Source: Octopus vulgaris
Taxonomy: Eukaryota
Direction of reading: 5' to 3'
NCBI GenBank assembly: GCA_951406725.2
Contig: OX597814.1
Span: 35,278,001-35,342,000 of the forward strand
DNA length: 64,000 bases
The translations under genes and the position numbers were made by a program. Numbering within the stretch: the stretch's first letter is position 1; each line of letters opens with the position of its first letter. Under the pieces are notes generated by a model. That model was not told the DNA's origin. It did not search any database and saw nothing but the letters and a program-made list of their open reading frames with translations. This document shows, in pieces, positions 41,301 to 54,354 of this stretch.

Positions 41301-41535
41301 ATAAACTAGAGGTACATAATATTGAAACTTTGCACTAAAATATTTGATTCATTCATATAGATCACAGTCCTCTATAAGCACCGTTCTAATTTACCACCGA
41401 CATCAGCAAAGTGTTCGAATCTATTCCTTAAAACCTACTTGCACATTAAGTACACAAAAAGTTCCATCCATCAAACGCCACAAAAGAAATTTCAGAGTCT
41501 CAAAACAAACCCGTGTTCTATATATGTATATATAT

Positions 41536-42335
41536 ATATCAACAATTGAGGGTAAAATTAATTAGTTATTAATCAATTTCACCAAAGTAGTGTTCAGTAT
41601 GTAAAAGGACCATTTAAGGCGAATTCAAAATATTACATTATATAATTAGGGCTTAGTAAAATAAATTACTTTGCCACATAGTGGAAATAGCTAAAAAACT
41701 TTTTGGCTGCTATTTCTAGAAAGTTCAGTATGTGGCAAAGTAATTTATTTTACTAAGCCCTAATTATATAATGTAATATTTTGAATTCGCCTTAAATGGT
41801 CCTTTTACATACTGAACACTACTTTGGTGAAATTGATTAATAACTAATTAATTTTACCCTCAATTGTTGATATTATAATTCCTTTCTCTCTGTTCTATTG
41901 CTACGGTTCTCACCGTTAAAATATATGTTTACTAGATAACTCACGTGGGTGGAAGGGGAGAGAACATGAATCTTCGCTTGTACATTTTGAATTTGCTAGT
42001 ACTGGCAGTCTGAGCGTGTTCGTCTGAGGTGATACGTTGCCGGAGGGGTATGTTCATTCTTTCAGTGCTTTCAAATCCAAAATTAAGAAATGTTGAGCTG
42101 ACGAAGGAAATGCTGAGTTTTATTTGGCTAATCTAGAAACGTTGACGTTCTCAAATGATCTTTGTACTTGTGATATTTTTCTGTGTTTACCTCCATATCT
42201 TCGTGAGTTATTTTTGAGTAAACATTATCTGAGAGAAATTTTCTTAAAGTAGTGGAAATGGCTAAAAAACTTTTTGGCTGCTATTTCTAGAAAGTTCAGT
42301 ATGTGGCAAAGTAATTTATTTTACTAAGCCCTAAT

Positions 42336-42343
<8 letters not shown>
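41536..42343 (+). mobile_element. Young non-coding Penelope-type / retrozyme-like element (571-nt unit plus inverted arm) in (TA)n
   Basis: Perfect IR 41536-41680 / 41729-41873; direct repeat 41679-41772 = 42250-42343 (1 mismatch); hammerhead at 42093-42154; no ORF of 60 aa or more. Confidence 0.8.
42093..42154 (+). ncRNA. Type I hammerhead ribozyme
   Basis: UUGAG-CUGACGA-[imperfect stem II]-GAAA-CGU(UG)ACG-U-U-CUCAA: 5-bp stem I, 4-bp stem III, GUU site. Confidence 0.7.
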
Positions 42344-42416
<73 letters not shown>

Positions 42417-42418
<2 letters not shown>

Positions 42419-43980
42419 TGAGAGTGCTAGTGTGTGAAAGAACGTTGTTGGATGTATAAAAATAAAAAAAGAGTGAAAAAATTACAGAAGGCTTGTGTTA
42501 TAAGGTTAAAGAATATATTTCAGTCGTTATGTTAGAAAAATGTTATAAAATTTTGTGTATAGTAACATAGTTTTTGGAGAAATAACCGGTTTCGTATTTT
42601 CTTTTCAAATTTCTCAAATTTCTTTACCTACATCGTGTCATGTCTTCGCTATGAGAGTGAAGTATGGAGTTCCAGGCAGGGGAAGATAATCAGGGATTTC
42701 TTCCGGTATAAGGGAGATAATGGCTTTATATTTTTTTCATTGAGATGAGTTTCCTTATTTAATCTAATTTGTGTTGGTGTTCCAATTGCACATTGATAGA
42801 ATGGAAAGATTCAAAATTGTGGTAGTAGTTGTTTTGCGCAATTCTAGATATGTTCACTAAATGGTATCATTCTGTACTCTGGGAATGCAATCTGTTGTCG
42901 ATGCAGTGTGCATCTGCGTCTGAGCGAAAAAAATAGAAACAGACATATTTTACAAAACCACAGACGCCAAACAATACCTACTTTTTGATTCATGCCACCC
43001 AAGACACACTAAAACAAACATCCCCTTCAACCTTGCAAGAAGGATATGCACAATAGTGTCAGAACAAAATACCAGAAACTTTAGACTACAAGAACTCAAA
43101 AACACTCTAATTGACCGACACTACCCAGTTCAACTCATAGAGGATGGAATCAGACGTGCAACAGAAATCGACATACAAACTTTAAGAAAAGTTCAACGCA
43201 GCAACACACCTTCCTCGAAAATACTGCCTTACATATCCACATACAACCCCAGAAACAAAGAAGCCTTCACCATCATCACCCAGAATTAACCAATGCTTCA
43301 TAAGGATCCCAAATTAAAGGAAATTCTAAACATACATAAAATCATTAAAAGTTACAAATAACATAAATCACTAAAAAAGATCCTCACGAAGGCAAAATTG
43401 TTTTCTGAAATTACGGATGCAAAAGTAAACATAAATGTGGAAGACCAAACTGCGCAACATGCCCAAAACTTCTAGAAGGATCAGAATTCCTCTTCAAAGA
43501 GGGACAAAAATTCAAGATGAAATCTAATTTTACTTGTGCTTCAGAAAACCTAATTTATGTCATAAGATGCTCGGGCTGCCACCAAAACTACGTAGGGTCC
43601 ACGGGATTATCGCTCAGACGCAGATGCATTCTGCATCGACAACAGATTGCATTCCCAGAATACAGAATGATACCATTTAGTGAACATATTTAGAAATGCG
43701 CAAAGCAACTACTACCACAATTTTTAATCTTTCCATTCTATCAATGTGCAATTGGAACACCAACACAAATTAGATTAAACAAGGAAACATTCTTCATTGA
43801 AAAATATCTGTCAAAACGTAATAATTTCTAACATTTTTAAGCAAGGAAACTCATCTCATTGAAGAAAATATAAAGCGATTATCTCCCTTATACCGGAAGA
43901 AATCCCTGATTATCTTCCCCTGCCTGGAACTCCATACTTCACTTCATAGCGAAGACATGACACGAATAAGGTAAAGAAAG
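42417..43980 (+). mobile_element. 5'-truncated Penelope-like element with an inverted partial copy (42417-42927 minus; 42930-43980 plus)
   Basis: TDIFYKTTDAKQYLLFDSCHPRHTKTNIPFNLARRI (thumb), CGRPNCATC, NLIYVIRCSGC..YVGST (GIY-YIG); 42620-42927 is the reverse complement of 43610-43978; degenerate hammerhead at 42577-42615 (-). Confidence 0.92.
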
Positions 43981-45657
43981 GAAGGAGATAGAGGCCTGAA
44001 TAATGACATACATACGTAATTACCTCATTTTGTCAGATAATGGCCGTCTCATATTCAAAGGATAGTGAGTCGTCTGTACGTCACTGGATTAAGTGGCAAA
44101 ACCTGGTACAATAACTTTTGTCTCTCTCTCAGTTGCCATGGCTGACATGTATTGCAAAATGACTGGTACTATTTTGACTGCAAGTTTTGTATCAGAGTAT
44201 CTTTGTCCTATATTGAGCTACCTTCATCACGGCTTTATGAAAAATAATGTGAGGAACCCCTACCCCAGGGAGATCTATTTAACTCATGTATGAGATTCTG
44301 ACAGGTATAACTTTTGTGGGTCAGAATGGACATGGGTGTAATGGTAATTAAGGAATAATCTTACGCTCCTCACAACTCCAGAACTCTTGAACTCTAGCAT
44401 TATAACCGGATGCAGTTTAAAGTTATACCTACGACATACAAGTAGTAGTTTAAATTTACAAATATTTTTTATTGTTAGATTTTACTAGATTGTTTTCGTT
44501 ACTCAGGCAACTCTTACGTTAATCAGGTGGTCATGAGATGGATGTCACGGAAGAGACGTTGAAACATATTAAGGAAATTATTGTTAATATCCAATGTCGC
44601 GAGAGATTATATAATATAAATATCTTGTCGATCTACCAGTGTTCAACACGCTACATAATCAGAACACATTAATACTAATAAACCCACACTGGATAATTAT
44701 CGCATGAAAGTAATAGGTCTCATATCTGAAGAGAAATTATTTACCAATGTCATCATGAAAAGGGGTGTTACCAGGCGTATTGCAACAACAAAATAATAGC
44801 TATTGATCAAACGGTTACAAACAACAGAGGACTCTTCGTATTTCAAGCGAGGTTTGCAGCACAATATTCGCGGCAATGGACAACAATAATTCCGTTACTA
44901 CATTTTTCAAATCATTTTCGTTGACATGCTAGCTAGGATTCTTCCTCTTTGGTGCAAATATTGAGGTAATAGAACAGCAGCCAATTCTTAACAAAAAAAA
45001 CATAATCAATGTACACTTATCCAGATATACACAAACACACTCATACACATACGCACGTACACACATATGTGTGCATGTGCACATGCGAATATATCTGTGT
45101 TAACTTGACTATTGTTCTGTTTCTTCGTGATTCATGATATACGTGTTTACATGTGTTTGTATTTATAAACAAATATCGCTTAAATTATCGAGTGTGTTAC
45201 TAACGGCTTCATAAACTTAGTTTTCAGATATGAGGTTTGAGATGATATAGTTTTCAAATTCCCGCTTCCGTTGGGATTGGGCCCGATTCTTTAGCCGAAA
45301 TCTAGAATGCAATATTTTATCAATATCGTTATCGTCTACAGTGTTGTAGTTCTTCTCAGAATCTAGACCTCCGTGTTCTCGGGCTTTGGATAACAAGAGA
45401 AAGAACGGTTGGTGTGGAATTCACTGAATCTAAAAATATGTGTGTTACCAATAGGTTTTTTTTTAACAAGCCTATACTATAATTTCACTGATGTAAGTGG
45501 AGGCCTTACAAGTATTACAGTTAACTCTGTTTTGAATCTCTTTACTAATTAGTCTTCGATTTATTTGATTAATCAACATTTAGAGTTGGATGCAAACGTT
45601 GCTTTATGAATTCAAATACTTTGTATTGGAATAAAATAAAATAAAATAAAATAAAAT

Positions 45658-46025
45658 AAGACCACTCAGAGAGCGCAAACCTCCGCCAAGGCAACGCCAG
45701 CGTCCTCTCAACGATTAGCCGGAGAGGATTTTTAAAATGAGAAGATCTGAAATAAACTCGGCTGCTCTCACAAACGAGAATACTAGAAGTGAACCCGACC
45801 GCTCCCAAAAATTAAACAAAAAGAAAAAGGAAAAATAATCCAGAATCCTTGTTCGGTACCGGATTGATCCCAAAATCTAATCAGTTCGTGCCAGTCACGA
45901 GGCCAAACATCTCTGAAAGTTTCATCCGAATCCATCCAACGGTTCTTGAGATATTTTGGCCACTGACTAACAAACAAACACGACTGAAAACAATACCTCC
46001 ACCTTTGCTAAGGCGGATGTAATAA
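45658..46025 (-). mobile_element. Helentron-associated interspersed element (HINE/DINE-1-like)
   Basis: Subterminal IR acctccgcc (45679) / ggcggatgt (46012), terminal hairpin acctccacctt..aaggcggatgt, (GTTT)n tract, aaagtttcatccgaatcc core, T-rich flanks. Confidence 0.75.
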
Positions 46026-46429
46026 TGTTTTGGTGTTTGTTTCTATGTAGTTTCTATGTGATTGAGTAGATGTCTTCGCATTTATTTTCTATTATAAGTT
46101 TTCGGTTTAGTCAGGAAAAAATAAGGATGGAAGAAATATGTATAGTCATACATCTTTTTTAAACATATAATTAAACGAGCACTATAAAAATAATGAACTG
46201 TATTTGGAAATGAAAAGAATCAACTAGAAAATCTAGGGAATATCTAGATCCAAGAAAGCTGGAAGTGAAAGGTGTTACCTGTGAATGTAAGACTAGAAAA
46301 ATATCTGTTTAAACATGAGATAAGAAATATTTTGGAAATATTTGAATTTGAAAAACTCTTATCAGGTCATCAACTTTTTTGTCATTGACATTTTCGTTAG
46401 CTATTGAAATGATATTTGGCCTTGATACC

Positions 46430-47310
46430 CTTGAAGGATCTAAGATAAATTTCTGTATAAACTTTTCTGTTCCTATCATTGCTTTCAAGCTCCGAGAACA
46501 TCAACCTTTTCTCTTCCTTCAGTAAATATACTCTCTCTTCTTGCAGTTAACCAAAACGACACTTCGCTGCTAGCAGTGTACTTCTTTAACCTCTTTACTT
46601 TTACTTCTACACAAGTCCCTGATGCTTGTCAGCAAGCTCCTTGCTTTTTCTATCCATATTCTCAATGTCATTCTGTGTTCATTCGCTTATTCTTGCGCTG
46701 CACCCAATGATGAATACAACCCTAGAGTTTATGACAGTAATGTAATGCTATTGTTTCGACTTTACTGTTCTCTTCATCCTTATTGACTTTATCTTTAATT
46801 GTTTTCCCCTTTATACTATCAGCTTCCAAAACACCCAGATACTTATATCAATCATCTGTATCACTATCCTGCAACTTCTCACTCGGTAAATTTATCCCAT
46901 CGTATTTATGACATTTCACTTTCTTCACAAGGAGGGTTCCACACTTGAAAATACCAAATGCCATTCTGGTGCCATTGCTAAAAACTCTCAGAATATTAAC
47001 AAGAATCTCCAATTCTCTTTCAGTCTTGCCGTATAGCTCTATGTCATCCATAGGAAATTGTTAACTGTCTCCTAGTTTTTTTCCTAAGTTTATCGAGATT
47101 CAACCTTTCTTGATTCTAAAGAATGGAATAAGATCAATTAAAAATAATAAAGATGATAGGCTTTCAACATTAAATATATCCTGATCTTTATGTTTTCTCC
47201 AACTGGGTGTCTTTTGGTTGTTAGTTCCGTTTATCGGTTTCTTGTGCTTTCACGTATCAGCCTAAATGTTATGGGCAATTTTTAACATTTTCAGTGTTTT
47301 TATAATCCAA
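46430..47310 (-). pseudogene. Decayed R4/Dong-like RT fragment
   Basis: MDDIELYGKTERELEILVNILRVFS...FGIFKC, then YKYLG. Confidence 0.8.
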
Positions 47311-50300
47311 GCGAGAAATGGGTGGAGTGCATGTTATATAGATTTTTTAAAGAGTTTTTTGGAGTTGGTGTAAGCACAGGGGACGAAGATACTACAGTCG
47401 CATGTGAAGAAACGGGTGAAGAGAAACGGGTGTGTAGTTGAGTGAAAATAACAAATTACAGAATTTGTTTACGTCTTTTATTGCATAGTTCCGTATTAAA
47501 ATCATTTTTGACCTTCATTCTCTATTCAATAAAGTCAGTATGATTTAAAGAATGGATCTAATGTAATTGACAATACCGTCCGCCCCTCTCAATTCAATGA
47601 TTGTATGTCTACATTAGAAATCAACTTTCGGAGAATGAGGGCTAGCGCAATGGTTAGCGCGGGGTAAAATTTCCTTTCGGTCTTTAGTTATATCCATTGT
47701 GAGTTCAAATCTCGTCGAGACTTTTCCGTAATTGATATAATAAGAGATCAGTGAAGTGCGCCCATTCATTATGGCAACGTAGATTAAAATTTGCTTTGAC
47801 TGTTTACGAACATTGCTTCTGGCCTTTAAGGTTGTGGTATTATTTTTATAAAACTCATGCGTTGCGTACCCGAGAAAGTAACGTACACTCTTTGATTAAG
47901 ACTTCACACTTAACGACGAAAATTCCTATTAGATTAATACTGATGTGTGATAAGAATTAATTAACGTCGTTAACAGTAAACAATACCAGAAGATTGCCAA
48001 AACTTTGATAGTTTCTACTTGAATGAAAATTTCTATTTACTTTGGGATGTAGTTAGATTAAAATCATGTCATTCCTAGTCTTCAGATAACACTCGATTTT
48101 CATATTAGCAGTTGAATATGAGAAGAGTTAAGTGTTAAAATTAATCCTTTGTAGTCAGTGAAATCGCCTTTCATTTACTCTTACAATAGTCAATGTCAAC
48201 ACTTGAAGTAAGAAAGACTTCCAAGTATTTCATAAGATTGAATCATTCTGCAGGAGTCATTTGTCATATGTGTCTACCAGTAGAGATAATGAATTATTTG
48301 CTCTTCGCTGCTTGGGCGTGATTAGTTAATGACCCCATATGTTAACAGATACCAAATTGTTTCAATATTTTCGTACGTGTATGTATGCATATAACGTGTT
48401 TATGTTAAATAAGACATAAAAACAAAATAAACGAAAGCAAAAAGTAATGCTTTTTGTGTGTACCAACGATTTTCTTTCCAAGGGGAGGTTTCAGTCAATC
48501 GGGAAGATATTTGGAAATCATTCCTTAATTTTAATTTTCATCTTAAATTCTGCAAATAGACAACTGAAATTTAGAACTAAATGGTTGGCAGTAATGGATT
48601 TTGATTGTTTTTCACGTATGTTAGCTACCTCGGTCAATGCTGCCGACCTTCCTTTTATGTCCAGTGGGATAAGTAATGGATCAATTTAATTGACAACTTG
48701 CTTACCCTATATGTTTTGAAAATCATGCATCTATGTTGAAGTAGTGCATCAACAACTGAATTAACTATGAGGGCATACACTAAAACTCAAAATACTCAAT
48801 CAAAAAACAAAATCTTACTGAAACTTTCTAACTTTTCATTCTCATATCTGAGACACCGATATTATACCATAATCCCCTCAACGATTCCCTTCCATTGTGC
48901 GAATTTGTGAATTTAAAAGTAATTAATATTGGTTTGTTACATTATTAGATACACTTTTCCATAACTGGGGAGAAAATTTGATTGAATTGATTCTTTAAAA
49001 TATAGGTATTTATTGTAACATTCATAGCAAAGCATAAAATATAATTTGATGACTTCTTGACAGACACACTTTTCTACTTACATAAACATTTCTTTTCTAA
49101 TATTCTCTCTAATATTTCTAATATTCTTTTGTCCTTTTGTTGATAGAAAATGTAACTAAACTAACTACCTTAGTAGTTTTGAAATGATTAACTTGCTGAA
49201 AACATATTCTTCAGATATTAATAAGCTGATGCCTATGCATTTGAATTGACAAGACTTTTCTCAAATGACTTCAATAGTGACAGTTCAATTTTTAAACCAA
49301 GAAATTCTATAAAAAAATTAGAGCTTGTTTATGTTGGTAGTTAGTCCTGTAATCTGTCAGGTTGCAGAGGTATTGCAGAAAAGTTGATTTTCATGTAGTA
49401 TATCTTGGACGAATCAGCCAAGTGTTGTCCGAACACTTGAACTGGAAAAGTCAGCAAGCAAATAGTAGAAAATGTTCAATGCATACATCTATGAACTATG
49501 CACTAGGGAAGTACTTGTATACAGCTGAATAACATAGACCATCAAACATTAGCGTGTTGGCAGTAGGAACATGTTAGTACTAAAGTCATCAGCCATCTGT
49601 AGAAATCTTATTAAACAAATAAACTATTATTATGCAATTATTAAATAATTATAAAATATTTATCGAATTACTTGTATTAAGAACTTTTATTAAACAAATA
49701 ATGCAAATTAGGTCAAATAAATAATTATCATAAAACCCAGGAACTTCACTTAATGGAAGCTTACTAGTAATTAAGTCAAATGGTGGGCTAATAGAGTAAT
49801 GGAAATCCAGCCGAAAAATATGTAGTTCTTGTTGAATTACTGCCACAACTCATCATTGCTAGATTTGGTTAACCTGATTGTAACTCCATATTGCAGCATA
49901 TTGTACCGCTTTAAGTCGCTGCAAAACAAGCAAAATTGCCAATTATTTTGCTTGTCTTCAATATTGAGTTCAGTTCTTCTCGTGAGACAAATAGGCCTTT
50001 GACAAGAGAATTGCCAGTGTTTTGCGATGGAGAAATGTAGCCCCATTAATTCCCCGCTTTTCTAAGATTGTAAGACTTATAACTAATATTATAATGTATT
50101 TTAATAAAGTGATTTCTATTTTTGTGTGTATAAACGAGGAGTCCCGCAAAGATATAACTAACTTGTGAAGAATGGAAGTAAAAAAAAAGATTTAAGAGAT
50201 ATATTAAATGTTTCTTTATAAGGACTGTTATATGTTCATGATGTTACGTTATTCAAGTGCTAAGTCTGAGAGGACATGTTAAATACAACCTATTAAATAC

Positions 50301-51022
50301 GAATTCTGAATTTATTCTCTTTCCTCCAAAACAGATCACCGAATAACTTCAAGAGAATATAACTTAGAAACACATTAGACAGAAAAAATCCAATACTGAA
50401 TAATAAAACAAAAGTTATATAAAACATTGCAATACAGACACAGTAATAGAAACAACAAACATATACATACATACGTACGTACATACATACATACACTGTC
50501 GTTCAGAAATAATTGCAAATATGCATTAAAACAAAACAAAACCAAAGAAAACACACTTCTGCGAAAATTGTAAACAGAAACCATAATAATTGATATGGAT
50601 TTAGTGATAACACATCACTTATAAAAAGTTGTTTATGAGATTTATTATTTTCTGATATTGAATTCAAAATAGATTCCAAATTGACTTCAGGAAGCCATGA
50701 TAGTATATGAATTTATTTTTCTAGAATAGAGACTACCAAAGCAAAATGGAATGCAAATTGATTACAAAATTCAGGTAAAACAGTTTTGAGTAATCAAATG
50801 GAAAAATAAGAGACAAAATACAAAATAAAACAGATGTTTAACTGAGGAAAAATGGTGTTGAATTATTTCGAAAATTGTCTGAAATATTTAAAGCATGGAT
50901 TCATTCCTGAAGTAGATTTTCACATGGTTTATGTAAGTGGTTATATTTTAAAATGTGCATTCTGTTCTAAGACATGAACGTGGAAAACGTGTATATAGTC
51001 ATCAACGCCATCAACACCATCT

Positions 51023-51245
51023 GTTTCTTTATTACCCACACGGGGCTAAACATAGAGGGGACAAACAAGGACAGACAAACGGATTAAGTCGATTACATCG
51101 AACACAGTGCGTAACTGGTACTTAATTTATCGACCCCGGAAGGATGAAAGGCAAAGTCGACCTCGACGGAATTTGAACTCAAAACGTAACGGCAGACGAA
51201 ATACGGCTACGCATTTCGGCCGGCGTGCCAACGGTTCTGCCACCG
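51023..51245 (-). mobile_element. SINE family B
   Basis: Reverse complement of 61369-61603. Confidence 0.88.
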
Positions 51246-51269
51246 TCATCACCATCATCATCATCATCC

Positions 51270-51303
<34 letters not shown>

Positions 51304-51344
51304 TGTCGCCATCAATATCATCATCATCGTTATCATTGTTGTTG

Positions 51345-52120
51345 TTTTACTTCTCAGAGCGGTCTTGTTTGCTCTGGTAGATTATGTGAGAGCTGACAGC
51401 AGCTTGCTGTTAGAGGTCTAACAACGTATCTTTCCGCACATTATAAGCTTTGATACTTGGTTGTTAATTATCGTGGAAGTCATTCAACAGCCAATGACCA
51501 ATCTGAAAATTCTAGCTGTCCTCAGCAGAGCAGTTTCAGGGGCTTGCTCTGCTCTCATGTCAATTCCAATTTCGCTGACATACTTCTCGAACTGGTCTGT
51601 TAGTGCTCCGAGTCTATGTCATGCATCCTCTTTCTATATCCTCTTATGGGTCTCCTTCGTTATTAGTGCGTCTACTCAAAACATAACATTGCTGTATTCA
51701 TTCTTTTAGTCCATTTTGTTCTAGCACCTGCTGGTCGAAAGGCCATCCTTGGTTGGTTGGGAGCTGATACCCGTCAGGTGATACCCGTCTGTTAAGATTG
51801 AGGGCATCACCGTCAATGGATGCCCTTGGAGGTGCAACGTGATCAGAGACAGGACCCGGCAAAGCAGGGGCTGGACCTACATCCGCAGGTATACCATTAG
51901 GTCTGGTTCCCTGATGAAGAGGAACCCTGGTGCAGTTAATTGTAAATTCCATAGTCTTTTCAAATGGCTAATAATGTGTGCGCGCGCCACTACTACACAC
52001 ATTGGAAAGCATTGTACAACCAAGTACTAAAGAAGATCTTTCCTCCTCCATGAAATAAAGCTGTTCCCGCTGGACGTCAACACAGTATTTCTAAGCTACG
52101 GACCGAGTGATTTATTGAAA
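51345..52120 (-). mobile_element. Internally deleted R4/Dong-like element (5' region joined to 3' end)
   Basis: Minus strand ...WPFDQQVLEQ..KWTK...RGYRKRMHDI is joined directly to LGALTDQFEKYVSEIGIDM...ALLRTARIFR and a 3' UTR. Confidence 0.65.
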
Positions 52121-52547
52121 GGTTATCTCCCTAGATAGATTGCCTTCACTACGGCTAAGGAGCCCTTTCTACCCCACTGACACAAGTTGTACTGGTTTAC
52201 AGTTTACCTTAGTGTCTTCCTTAATGCCGTTGTTTGTACTCAGCTAATAATTACCCTCTTGCGGAAGAATGTATTGATAAGGTGTCACAATCACCAGTAT
52301 TTTTATCGAGACACAATCACTAGAGGAGTTTGTCTAAAAAGACTCAAAGGAAACCTTCTATTTTAGTTGTTGCGTGAGCTATCCTGCACTGGTCACCAGC
52401 CTAGTATTCAGTGTTCCGCAGTTAGTGGAAGAGTTGTTATTTGGATGGCTGTTGACTTCAGAGTGCATCCGCCCTTTGACAGTTCTGTATTTCACCATAC
52501 AGGGTGACCAAACAGCTAAAAATACCCACATTATTGTTATTATTATT

Positions 52548-52988
52548 ATTGAGTGAGAGAGCAGTGCATGCCATCAAGTGAAACTGAGGTAAAATATATG
52601 AAGCCCAGTATACACATCATGACTACCATCTGATAAGGGTACACCAGGCACACAACCGTGTGTGCGCGACATGGAGATCTCATATCAAGATAAACAGCGA
52701 ATGACCTTGAAGGTGGGGCCCAGTTAGAATTTTCTTCTGGTCGAGTAGCGCATCCCACTCAAAAGGTCCCTCAATAAGGATTGTTTGAGGATGTTGAACG
52801 AACCCCCCATGTTTCCAAAGGTGAATTATCCAAACCTCTAAGAATTCCTTTCAACACACGGCTATGATGCACCCATTCTACTTCTGCTCATGATCAGAGA
52901 TGTACATATTGTCAGCCACTAAGGGACATGGTCAACTGATTAAGGTCAAACAACTGACAAGCAAATCTGTGGTATTGAGCAGAATATT
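52548..52988. repeat. Unclassified dispersed repeat associated with (TAA)n
   Basis: attgagtgagagagcagtgcatgccatcaa... recurs at about 7599-7760; probably continues at 54113-54206 after the CR1 insertion. Confidence 0.6.
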
Positions 52989-53014
52989 TATAATAATAAT
53001 AATAATAATAATAA

Positions 53015-54112
53015 AATTATTGTATACAGTGCTCAGGTGCACCTCAATTTGTCAAAAGTGAGTATAAAGCATATGCAGTAATGTACAAATGTCTGGAAAG
53101 TGAACAGTGTATGAGTCAGATACATGCTTGCGTGTGTATGGAGGAGAGAAAATCAGGTGTAGTGTTGGCGAATCTCAGGAAGCATGGAAGTTTTGAAGGA
53201 TGCAGTGCTCCGACAACTAACAACTTATGCCAGCAGTTTGTTCCATGCTTCAGCAACTCTTAGCGTGAAAAAATGTTTCCGAAAGTCATGGAAGCTGTGC
53301 TGTTTTCTGACTTTGTAAACATGTCTACGGGTGTTAGACAGATGGAGTTTGAAAAGGTGCTCAGAGTTATTGTTAGTAAGATGGTTGATAATTTTATGGG
53401 TGTCTGCCAAGTCAGCTGCCAGACGTCGGAGTTTCAATGTATCCATGCCCAGGGAAGTAAGGCGTTCAGAATATGGCAAATGCCTGATGGAAGGTATTCT
53501 CTTGGTTGTACATCGCTGAACGGCTTCCTGGGCAAGATAGGGCTTCCAGACCGGTGATGCAAATTCCAGGTGAGGCCGCACCATAGCTGTATAAAGCCGC
53601 AGATAGATAGCCAGAGAGTGGCTCACAAAGAACTTGGTGAGTAATGCCAAGACACCCTCAGCCTTCTTGGCAATTTTAGCAATGTGTTTTTTCCAACACA
53701 AATCACTGTCGACAATAATGCCCAGGTCACGTTCACAAGAAGACTTTTTGAGATTAGTATTGTGGAGGGAGTAAGTAGACGCTGGGTTTTTCCTCCCAAA
53801 ATGCATGGTGGTACATTTGTCCACAGCCAGCTTGAGTTGCCAGTCCATGATCCACTGCTGCATTGTGTCCAGGTCTGATTGCAATAAAGATCTATAGTGT
53901 ACAGGATCTGTCCTCTTTATTTCAAGGTACAGCTTGATGTCATCTGCATATTTCAGCACTGTGGTATTCTTTAAGTTGGCATCTATGTCATTAACATATG
54001 CAACAAATAAAAGGAAAAGGGGGCCAAGAACAGATCCCTATGGTACACCAGAAGTCATCTCATAGGGTGAAGAGTGCTGTCCTAGAACTGTGACAACCTC
54101 TTTTCGGCCGAT
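53015..54112 (-). mobile_element. 5'-truncated CR1-clade LINE (RT C-terminal half)
   Basis: SGVP*GSVLGP, KYADDIKL, LQSDLD, ERDLGIIVDSDL, MVRPHLEFASPVW, FFTLRV..WNKL (ORF 53225-53959). Confidence 0.93.
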
Positions 54113-54266
54113 AATGCTGTAGCCCATCTTTTATACCAAGACAAAACAATGTACATGATAACACTTCCAATCAGTTAAGATCAGAAGCCATAAGAGCCAC
54201 TGCCTGATGTCATTTATTATTATTATTATTATTATAATTATATTATTATTATTATTATTATTATTA

Positions 54267-54345
<79 letters not shown>

Positions 54346-54354
54346 CATTGTTAT

